Under the pieces are notes generated by a model. It saw only the letters and a program-made list of their open reading frames with translations. It had not been told where the DNA came from and searched no databases. Below, one piece after another: positions 23,799 through 33,003 of a stretch of DNA of 33,003 nucleotides. Origin of the DNA: Octopus bimaculoides. Taxonomy: Eukaryota. Location of the stretch: positions 35,485,395-35,518,397 of the forward strand of contig NC_069004.1 in assembly GCF_001194135.2 (NCBI RefSeq), read 5' to 3'. Position 1 is the first letter of the stretch. Each line of letters begins with the position of its first letter. A program made the translations under genes and the position numbers.

Positions 23799-24740
23799 TG
23801 TATATACACACACGCACCCAAACACACGTATATATATGTATATCAATATAAATATATGAAAGTCAATGAAGTTTCGTAAAAGAAGGTGATCATGTACATA
23901 CTTTCTTGCTGTTGTGATTATAACACCTCATTGTAAACTATGTTCCTTGTTTTCCCTTGTGGAGCATATACAAATAGGTTTTTTGTTGCTGCCCACTCTT
24001 GAGCAGCCAACATACNNNNNNNNNNNNNNNNNNNNNNNNNNNNNNNNNNNNNNNNNNNNNNNNNNNNNNNNNNNNNNNNNNNNNNNNNNNNNNNNNNNNN
24101 NNNNNNNNNNNNNNNNNNNNNNNNNNNNNNNNNNNNNNNNNNNNNNNNNNNNNNNNNNNNNNNNNNNNNNNNNNNNNNNNNNNNNNNNNNNNNNNNNNNN
24201 NNNNNNNNNNNNNNNNNNNNNNNNNNNNNNNNNNNNNNNNNNNNNNNNNNNNNNNNNNNNNNNNNNNNNNNNNNNNNNNNNNNNNNNNNNNNNNNNNNNN
24301 NNNNNNNNNNNNNNNNNNNNNNNNNNNNNNNNNNNNNNNNNNNNNNNNNNNNNNNNNNNNNNNNNNNNNNNNNNNNNNNNNNNNNNNNNNNNNNNNNNNN
24401 NNNNNNNNNNNNNNNNNNNNNNNNNNNNNNNNNNNNNNNNNNNNNNNNNNNNNNNNNNNNNNNNNNNNNNNNNNNNNNNNNNNNNNNNNNNNNNNNNNNN
24501 NNNNNNNNNNNNNNNNNNNNNNNNNNNNNNNNNNNNNNNNNNNNNNNNNNNNNNNNNNNNNNNNNNNNNNNNNNNNNNNNNNNNNNNNNNNNNNNNNNNN
24601 NNNNNNNNNNNNNNNNNNNNNNNNNNNNNNNNNNNNNNNNNNNNNNNNNNNNNNNNNNNNNNNNNNNNNNNNNNNNNNNNNNNNNNNNNNNNNNNNNNNN
24701 NNNNNNNNNNNNNNNNNNNNNNNNNNNNNNNNNNNNNNNN

Positions 24741-24928
24741 TGTTTTTGTTTCACTTTTGACACGTAATACTTAAATAGTGGAGGAGATATTATGTTGCCG
24801 TGTGCTCGAACTCTGCAAGAAGTTAATAATTTTTTTTGACTAAAACACAACTGGAACCCTAAGTAAGGCATGTGTAAAATTTGAATGAAATTGGTTGCGT
24901 AGTTCTCGAGTTTTAGGGATTCACAGAA

Positions 24929-24969
<41 letters not shown>

Positions 24970-24993
24970 TTCTCATTTTTATATATATATAGA
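24741..24993 (-). mobile_element. 5' part of a non-autonomous Helitron-type element; 3' end in gap
   Basis: Minus strand begins A|TCTATATATATATAAAAATGAGAATG-(TCTG)n, followed by ...CGCAACCAATTTCATTCAAATTTTACACA. The 5' terminus resembles the element at 23708-23798. Confidence 0.65.
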
Positions 24994-25970
24994 TATGTGA
25001 ATACATTCAAACAGATTAATCAAAAAGTAGAGACTTTCACATGATGAATTTTTATGTATAAATAAATAAACATATTAATGGATCCAGTACAAATGACAGA
25101 GAAAATTAAGGAGGATGAAAGAAAGGGGTGTTATAAGTCCAACAGCTGTTTCTGGGTAGCTTGGATATCCATCATAATGATGGTAGATGTAGTTCACCAA
25201 AACATGGCTAAGTCGAGCCTCCATCATCCAGCCTTTAAGGGGGAAACAACAGTTAGAATTTATAAACATTTAATCGTTAAATTGGGAAAATTATCAGAAA
25301 AGCCATTTCTTTTCATGTTTACAATTACACATACACCTCTTCCTCCACCCCCACAGATTTATTTATGTAAATATTTTAACAAGCAAGCCTGAAGAGACAT
25401 CTGGTTAGACAGATGAACTCACAGAACAGTTGGTGGTGCTGGTGGTGGTGGTGGCTGTGGCCAGATTGTCACTTTTATAGAAACAATAATTGCAGACAGG
25501 TCAGCATAAAACGTTTTCAATAGAAGGAGCATAAAAAAAAAGCTGATAATAAACAATTGCTCTTCTGGAAAGTTGGCCGTGGAGAGGAGACCAAAGTTAG
25601 CTGAAGGACTCTGGAGGAGGGGGTTTAGTCCCACCACCACCACCACGCCTCCTACTCATGACCTCCTTCCCCTCTCTTACTCCCTTCTTTCTCATTTCAT
25701 TTTATTGCATGTTTAACTCTGTTGTTCTTTCTCGCTTAACTTTTTCACTTTGTCTCTTCTCTTCTTCCATAACATGTGTTTCTCTCTTCTTATCGCCAAC
25801 CTACACTTCCATGTCCTTCAGTGTTAATCTCTCTTTCTCATCCCTCTCTCTCTCTCCTTTCTTGCTCTCTCTCTCTCGTACCTAATTGACAAAGTCATTA
25901 GAGCATCAGACAAAATAACTTGTGGTATTTACTCCAGTTTCTTGCATTCAGAGTTTGGATTGCACCAATA

Positions 25971-26620
25971 TTAAATTTGTTTTCCATCCTTCAGGATATG
26001 AAAGCAATCACTGAAAATTTCTGACTGGGAGTTCAATAGAGAGTTAGGGATCTTAGATCTGGACAAGATTTGTACTCTTTCAGCTAAACAAAGCCTACAT
26101 TTATTCAATCCATTCTCATAAGGAATGGTTTTCTCAATTACTTTCCATTTAATCACATGCAGTGTTTCGTTATCTTTCAAACTCCATACGTAACTGGCCA
26201 ATGTTGTAGCTTTACTTTTGTCCTGATGTCAGAAGGAGGCTATATATGATTGGCAGAGCAATTTTTCAGATTCACCTTCACATAATCTAATATAGGTTTT
26301 CTTATCAGTTGTATCATTATTTAGGGTTACAGTAACTTCTGCCTCACATATGACAGATTTAATTATACATCATTGATCAAGTGGACACCATTCTGGGTCA
26401 CAACAGCTGCAACTGGATTCAGGCTCTTGCTATTGATCACTTATAATGATATTCTTCATATTGGGGCAGCAGCTATAGGATAATTTCACAGAACGCCTTT
26501 TAAATATTTGCCTGTATCTGTGAGTTTCTGGAAAGTGTTTGTCCAGGAGAAACAGGAATCGTTTACCAATGTTAGTCTTTATATTAAAGGAAAAGAGAGG
26601 GGCAAACTAAATAATTTTCC
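25971..26620 (-). mobile_element. Penelope-like element fragment: RT linker plus GIY-YIG endonuclease, pseudogenised
   Basis: One frame with 3 stops: NIKTNIGKRFLFLLDKHFP...VKLSYSCCPNMKNII...CSCCDPEWCPLDQ*CIIKSVICEAEV...KTYIRLCEG...LASYVWSLKD...IKWKVIEKTIPYENGLNKCRLCLAERVQIL...SEIFSDCFH. This is the typical PLE C-terminal pattern (Cys-rich linker, YIG motif decayed to YIR, C-x-LC...C-x-H). Confidence 0.88.
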
Positions 26621-26934
26621 CTGACCAGAATTTTCCGAGGTCAGAAATTTTCAGTGGTTGCATGCATATGTATAAATATATTTTGAAGAATTGGTGGAAA
26701 TATAATACCAAAAGTTTTTTTTTTTCTCATCTCTTGTTTGAGATGACAATGGAATAAACAATTGTTTTATGAACATTAGCTTACACTTCATGTTTGAGGC
26801 TCTGCTGAGGTCATAAGGTGTTACTCAGGCACTCAACTACAAGTTCACTGAATCTTAAAGCAGAAACAATTGTAAGCTAATGAAATTCACAAGATAATCG
26901 CTTATTCCTTTGTCATCTCATTCTCTTGTGGTAA

Positions 26935-27311
26935 ATAGCTTGCTTACCAAATACATGGTTCCAGGTTCAGTCCACTGCGTGGCACTTTGAGCAAGTGTCT
27001 TCTACTATAGCCGCAGGCCGACGAAAGCCTTGTGAGTGGATTTGGTAGACGGAAACTGAAAGAAGACCGTCGTATGTATGTATATATGTGCATATGTGTG
27101 TGTATATGTTTGTTTTTGTTTCCCCAACATCGCTTGACAACCAATGGGGGGGGGGGTGTTTGCGTCCCTGAAAGTTAGCGGTTTGGCAAGAGACCGATAG
27201 AATAAGTACTAGGCTTCCGGAGACTAAGTCCTGGGGTCGATTTGTCGACTAAAGGCGGTGCTCAAGCATGGCCGCAGTCAAAATGACTGAAACAAGTAAA
27301 AGAGTAAGCGA
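26935..27311 (+). mobile_element. tRNA/CORE-like SINE family B, full composite copy
   Basis: CATGGTTCCAGGTTCAGTCCACTGCGTGGCACTTTGAGCAAGTGTCTTCTACTATAGCC...GGAAACTGAAAGAAGACCGTCG, microsatellite spacer, then AAGAGACCGATAGAATAAGTACTAGG...GCATGGCCGCAGTCAAAATGACTGAAACAAGTAAAAGAG. Confidence 0.85.
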
Positions 27312-27719
27312 GTATATGTCTATAAAACATATCAGTCAATAGCATAGCAATGCCTGGGCAAAATATTAAAACATAAACACACACACGTTGAGAGAATGTT
27401 GATGATGCAATAACAAAGTTAAACAAACAATGTTTTGTATCGTTATTTTAAAAGAAAATAAATATACAAAACATCAAAAATATCATTTCAAATGACTTGT
27501 CACCTCACTCACTCCCCCCTTCTCTCTCTCTCTGTCACAAACACACACATGTGCAGTGCCTTTGTTTTGCATGTGAAAACAAAATGTTTACCTAAAACGA
27601 AGAAATATACGAACCATTTCTCTCTCTCTCCTGCTATTTTTAGCAGAAGAGGGAGACAGAGCAGCAGGTGAGAGAATGAACCAGAGAAACAAACAGGTGG
27701 TGGGTGTATTGTATAGATC

Positions 27720-27921
27720 TTCTCTTTTACTCGTTTCAGTCGTTTGACTGCGGCCATGCTGGAGCACCACCTTTAGTCGAACAAATCGACCCCCAGGACA
27801 TTCTTTGTAAACCTAGTACTTATTCTATCGGACTCTTTTGCCAAACTGGTAAGTTACCAGGACGTAAACACACCAAGTTGTCAAGCGATGGGGGGGGGGG
27901 CGAACGCTAACACACAAACAA

Positions 27922-27996
<75 letters not shown>

Positions 27997-28135
27997 ATGG
28001 GCTTTTTTCAGTTTCCATTTATCAAATCCGCTCACAAGGCTTTGGTCAACCAGAGGCTATAGAAGACACTTGCCCAAAGTGCCATGCAGTGGGACTGAAC
28101 CCAGAACCATGTGGTTGAGAAGCCACACCTGCACC
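27720..28135 (-). mobile_element. SINE family B, full composite copy, inverted relative to 26935-27311
   Basis: CTCTTTTACTCGTTTCAGTCGTTTGACTGCGGCCATGC..., (TA)n spacer, ...AGAAGACACTTGCCCAAAGTGCCATGCAGTGGGACTGAACCCAGAACCATGTGG. Confidence 0.85.
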
Positions 28136-28656
28136 TCTATATAATTAAGAACCAAGAGTGGAGATTTATTCACAACCAAAACGTTTTTTTCTTATTAAAA
28201 AGTTTTCTACACCATATTTAGCAATCACCGACATATGCTTCTACTGCAGCAACTACACGTTGCTCTGGATGCAATTATGCATTCTCGTTGCAGCAGTTTC
28301 GTCAAGTGACCATCACTTACGACGTTTCAAAGTAAGCTATATTTATAAGAGTGACCAATGACCGTTGGCGTATAACCTCTTGTTGGACGTCAGGGATAGG
28401 TCGTCCACATAAAATTGAATTCCTGTTTAAACACACAGTAATCCCTCGACTATCGCGAGTGTTACGTCCCAAACGTATCGGACTCTCTTTTGTCGAACCG
28501 CCAAGTTACGGGGACAGTACTGTATATTCTTTTTGTATTATTTCTATAATTTGAATATATTTATTTTATCATAAATACAAAACAACACCATGGAGGAATC
28601 GAGGTAAGCTTAAATAATAAACCGCGATAGGTGAACCGCAATATGGCCAGGGATTG

Positions 28657-28701
<45 letters not shown>

Positions 28702-28711
28702 NNNNNNNNNN

Positions 28712-28754
<43 letters not shown>

Positions 28755-29263
28755 AAGGAATAATAAATCTCTGAGCGAGATATAAACAGTAGCAGCACGG
28801 CATGGTGAAGTATATTTACTACCTAAATGTGGCTGAAGCATATAATGTTGCCCCTTTCTGTCCACAAACGACGACCTCCTACTACGAAACATGACCGCCA
28901 CAACCACATAGTAACGCCACGCTACTTCCACTGATCTACAAATAAATCCTCACCTTGCATTAATGAATATGGAAACTGCTAAAATTATTAATCTAAATTA
29001 TAATTACCGTTTCACACGGGATGTATTTTACACTTAAAAAAGAAAAGCCTTAGACATTCAGAGATTCTACACGTGCAGTAAATAAAAGTAAATAGTTTAG
29101 GAGTCAGTGGAGGGGAACCAAAGTGATTTAGTTGTAGGTAGGTAGGTAGACAAACATTTGCCAAGAGACTAGCATGTCGTTTCTAAGAGGTCCGTCCCCT
29201 AGATTTAGTATTCAGAGGCTGTTGTTAACGAACAGCTTGAGACCGAGAACATATAACAATGTA

Positions 29264-29479
29264 CAGGCGGGTTGCAAAAACAGGGGTACAGTTATGAAAA
29301 GAAAAAAAAAGAAAACACCTACAATACTCTATTTTTATCTAAAAAAGAATTTAAAGTTAGCCTCATTTTTGATAAATACTTTTATCGTAAATTTTAATGT
29401 TCCTTTTTTTATATATTTAAAAAAAAAAAAACGGGGTGTACGAGCTTTCTTTTTCGTAACCTACTTTTGCACCCACCTG
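29264..29479. mobile_element. Tc1/mariner-type MITE (degenerate)
   Basis: Imperfect TIRs CAGGCGGGTTGCAAAAACAGG / CAGGTGGGTGCAAAAGTAGG (reverse complement of right end); TA on the left, TG on the right; AT-rich interior. Confidence 0.65.
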
Positions 29480-30079
29480 TGTATATATATGCATGTATGG
29501 ACAGCGTGTATACTAGATAGATAGATATCAGTTGAATAAAGGTACATGGTCAGGTTTTCGCGTTTTTTTTTTAATTATTGCATTTGAAAAAAAGCTTTTT
29601 ACAATGTTAGAGAGTTGAGCAAAATTAGTAAACGGGGTAAAATGAGTAATTGCTAATTTCTTGTTATTTTCTCCCAACCTGTTTGAAATCATTAGTTGAC
29701 AGATATTGGATCATCATTTTGTATTGCTACTTTATATTTAGNNNNNNNNNNNNNNNNNNNNNNNNNNNNNNNNNNNNNNNNNNNNNNNNNNNNNNNNNNN
29801 NNNNNNNNNNNNNNNNNNNNNNNNNNNNNNNNNNNNNNNNNNNNNNNNNNNNNNNNNNNNNNNNNNNNNNNNNNNNNNNNNNNNNNNNNNNNNNNNNNNN
29901 NNNNNNNNNNNNNNNNNNNNNNNNNNNNNNNNNNNNNNNNNNNNNNNNNNNNNNNNNNNNNNNNNNNNNNNNNNNNNNNNNNNNNNNNNNNNNNNNNNNN
30001 NNNNNNNNNNNNNNNNNNNNNNNNNNNNNNNNNNNNNNNNNNNNNNNNNNNNNAAAACTCGACTAAATAATCAAGTTTT

Positions 30080-30172
30080 GGGCGGAGGTAAAGAATGCGC
30101 ACACCACCCGTTTTCGGCGGTTATAGGGTTACACTGAAAATGGGTGGTGTGCGCATACTTTACCTCCGCCCC
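30080..30172. mobile_element. Palindromic MITE with 8-bp TSD (hAT-like)
   Basis: 36-bp arms (30080-30115 / 30136-30171, 2 mismatches); direct repeat CAAGTTTT at 30072-30079 and 30173-30180. Confidence 0.7.
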
Positions 30173-30602
30173 CAAGTTTTGTTGATTTCATATCATGGTG
30201 CCATTTTTCCCTAAGCTTCTTCCATTTGACTTTGATTATTATTATTATTTTTTTTTTTTTTTGCATCTCTGATTGTCTAAAAGTGGAGGCGAAAGTAAAT
30301 ACGCACACCCGGTATTTATAGGGTTAGGGTTTTTGTTTCGCCAAATATGGGTGGGGTACGTATCCCTCACCTCTGTCGAAGTGGATATTAATGTGTGTGT
30401 GTTTTTAAATGTAATTCTGGCGATTTGGAGCGGCAAATTTACCTTATCTTGTCTTACTCATTTTGCCCCACCCACATTTGTCTTTTATATGCTCATAAAA
30501 AAAAAAAAAATCGATGATTTTCTGAAATAGTGTTCAGATTATATTTCGTATGTGTATTTGGTGTGCAAGATTCTTGATGTGAATACGTATGTTGAAAGAA
30601 AT

Positions 30603-30770
30603 ACTATTAAACCTTGGGAGAGGCATTATGCCGGTAATAAACACACGCACTGGTTCGATCCTTTGTTTATTAAATAAATAAGTTCGGTCCTTTATTTATT
30701 AAATAAATAAAGGATCGAACCAGTACGTGTGTTTATTACCGGCATAATGCCTCTCCCAAGGTTTAATAGT
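30603..30770. repeat. Long near-perfect palindrome (about 69-80 bp arms), MITE/foldback-like
   Basis: ACTATTAAACCTTGGGAGAGGCATTATGCCGGTAATAAACACACG... is mirrored at ...CGTGTGTTTATTACCGGCATAATGCCTCTCCCAAGGTTTAATAGT, with 2 mismatches over the first 69 bp. Confidence 0.9.
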
Positions 30771-31055
30771 GTTCAGATTATGTTAGAATATTTTTAATGT
30801 ATTTAGGGAAGGCCTTCTCCAAGGGTGATATAAGTTTTGTAAGGTAATAAACATTTCTAAAAAATATATTTTATCTCAAAATCAAAAATGCAGTAAAAAA
30901 TCTCGCCATTCTGCCCCACGCCCACATATAAATATATGACCCGAAGTGTACAGTATATATATCCACCGCGGCTGCTCTTACCAATTGGTTTTGCGCCAGG
31001 TGTACAACGGAGTGTTAGGTAACAATCCGATTATATAAACATACATACATATGTG

Positions 31056-31286
31056 TTATTTCTTTACTACCCACAAGGGGCTACACACAGAGGGGACAAA
31101 CACGGACAGACAAACGGATTAAATCGATTATATCGACCCCAGTGCGTAACTGGTACTTATTTAATCGACCCCGAAAGGATGAAAGGCAAAGTCGACCTCG
31201 GCGGAATTTGAACTCAGAACGTAGCGGGCAGACGAAATACCGCTAAGCATTTCGCCCGTTGTGCTAACGGTTCTGCCAGCTCGCCG
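31056..31286 (-). mobile_element. tRNA-derived SINE family A, well-preserved copy
   Basis: Reverse complement of GAGCTGGCAGAACCGTTAGCA...GAGTTCAAATTCC (B box)...GTCGACTTTGCCTTTCATCCTTTCGGGGTCGATTAAATAAGTACCAG; at least 7 copies in the window. Confidence 0.85.
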
Positions 31287-31317
31287 ACGTACATACATGT
31301 GTGTATTAACTAGGACT

Positions 31318-31378
31318 TCGAGTTTCCTCTAACGGTGTATTCAACCAGTCTTTGAATATATCGTTAGAGGAAACTCGA
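31318..31378. repeat. 61-nt hairpin (27-bp stem, 7-nt loop)
   Basis: TCGAGTTTCCTCTAACGGTGTATTCAA-CCAGTCT-TTGAATATATCGTTAGAGGAAACTCGA; 25 Watson-Crick pairs plus 2 G.T pairs. Confidence 0.9.
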
Positions 31379-31680
31379 CGTTTCCATTCTACACGACCCA
31401 TTAAATCATTTTCAGTACTAAGTAACCCCGCGCGAACTTGTTTTTAAAAGAATACAACCTCACTTGAACATACATACTTATATATATATTAAGCATACTG
31501 TATAGTTAGAGTAAGGATATATAAACACACATATAGAGACAGACAGAGAAGTATATATGTGGAGGGGTGTAATCGACTTGGGACCTTCACTGTTACGATG
31601 TGAAACCTTGCTCCCTCACGTTAGAAGAAATTCGAATAACAAAGAAGATAGCGTTAATTAATTTTGTCTCTTTTACTTAC

Positions 31681-31842
31681 ATAAGTGTTTCCTGGTTCTT
31701 TCTGTTTAAATGTTGTGGACATAGTGATGGGTGGAACCACCATCCTGGAGTTCCATTGGTCCGGTTCCTGGCCCACGTGGATAGCATTTGTAGCGAAATT
31801 GGGGAACGGTTTACCAAATTCGTGTCCGTGGTTTGTAGACAT
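31681..31842 (-). CDS. CTH: Cystathionine gamma-lyase, coding exon 1 (54 codons)
   Basis: Translates MSTNHGHEFGKPFPNFATNAIHVGQEPDQWNSRMVVPPITMSTTFKQKEPGNTY, matching the CTH N-terminus (FAT-AIHVGQ-P-QW-S--VVPPI--STTFKQ). ATG at 31842-31840; GTAAG donor at 31680, phase 0, same position as human intron 1. Confidence 0.95.
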
Positions 31843-32570
31843 GACCTTTCTAGCGAGAACGAACAACGAAGAAAGAGAAACTTTTGGGGGTTTAAAAGCG
31901 ACGAGGGACAATATCTTCGGTTAGGTTTCAAAAAAGAGAGACTGCTTGTGACTGACTTGGTGATATGTTGTGAGTACACCAACTGACAGAGTAGAAAAGG
32001 ACTGTAGGTGGCTGTGGTGTTACTGCTGCTGCTGATTAATATTCGTGTTGCAGCTGTTTACGTACAAGATTTATGATAGTCGCAATTATTTAATGTATTT
32101 TTACTCTTTATCGCTAATGCTAGCGAGCAATAGCGTCGGTAGAATCAACGAAGGAATCCCTATGCAACTGTGAGAAATAGCATCTGAAATATTCCTCAAA
32201 TAATACCATTCCCATCATCATCATCGCCGTCTTCGAAAATGCCACGTTTGATAAAATTGGTCTGACGGGATAAGGGTTTCTTGGCACCGGGAAATGAGAT
32301 GATGGTCACACTAGGATGGACTTTTAATCAGGGCTGGCGTGCGTTTAAACACAATAACAACAACAATAGTGTTATTGGTTACAATAGTAACAATGGAGAG
32401 TTAAGTAAAATGACACGTGCCGGATATAATTATATGAGGGAACGTTCTTTCTTAGACACCGGTTTGTCAGTTTCCTTCATCGATCGACGAAACTTATTTT
32501 TTTCCCATGAAATTTTCTAGAAAAACATTTTAGGTGATATAGAGCGAGTAACCTACAAACATTTTTAAGA

Positions 32571-32597
32571 CCAATCATGTTACTATTCTCTACCAAT
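32571..32597. promoter_or_regulatory. Paired CCAAT boxes upstream of CTH (candidate promoter elements)
   Basis: gaCCAATca (32571) and taCCAATca (32593), 22 bp apart, about 730 bp upstream of the ATG; an E-box CACGTG lies near 32415. Motif match only. Confidence 0.3.
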
Positions 32598-32888
32598 CAA
32601 ATCCTATTCAAAACATATATTAATTTGAGCCATGAACTCCCTACAAAAACAGGGCAAACTTCAAACACTAGTCAGAAGCAAGACAGCTGCAACATAAGCC
32701 ACGTCTTTCTATTTCAACTTTTTGAAAATCACTGTAAACTGTGAAACCGGTCAAAGTTTCAAATATATCAGTAAAAAATATTTTAACTATTCTCAGTGCA
32801 TTTTCAACTTCTATATTTCTGCTCCTGTGGAATAAAATAATTGTTTTCTACATATATGTATATATATAAATATATATATGTATGTGTA

Positions 32889-32925
<37 letters not shown>

Positions 32926-32934
32926 GTATGTGTA

Positions 32935-32970
<36 letters not shown>

Positions 32971-33003
32971 CACATATATACATATATATACATATATATA
33001 TAT

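Noticed and set aside
31843-31911. 23-aa N-terminal extension of CTH suggested by the ORF track (MSLVAFKPP...)
   Set aside because: It starts at TTG, not ATG, has no CTH similarity, and overlaps a pyrimidine tract; homology begins at ATG 31842.

Overview
Eukaryotic, AT-rich, microsatellite- and SINE-dense genomic DNA with many N gaps; the repeat landscape suggests a coleoid cephalopod (Octopus-like), which is an inference. The only protein-coding gene I can support is a spliced cystathionine gamma-lyase (CTH/CSE) on the minus strand. Coding exons 1, 2, 3, 5, 6 and 7 are visible (ATG at 31842; PLP lysine codon at 14941-14943), all with GT-AG boundaries. Internal exon sizes and all intron phases match human CTH as I recall it. 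Exon 4 is probably hidden in the 17554-18117 gap, and exons 8 onward were not found. The rest is intronic: tRNA-derived SINEs of several families, dead RTE-LINE and Penelope-like (GIY-YIG) fragments, non-autonomous Helitrons, MITEs/palindromes and simple repeats. The most unusual item is a short element at about 11490-11738 that joins a tRNA-like Pol III A-box head to an intact-looking minimal type I hammerhead ribozyme core. Several long hairpins and inverted SINE pairs in the CTH introns are candidate dsRNA/ADAR substrates.
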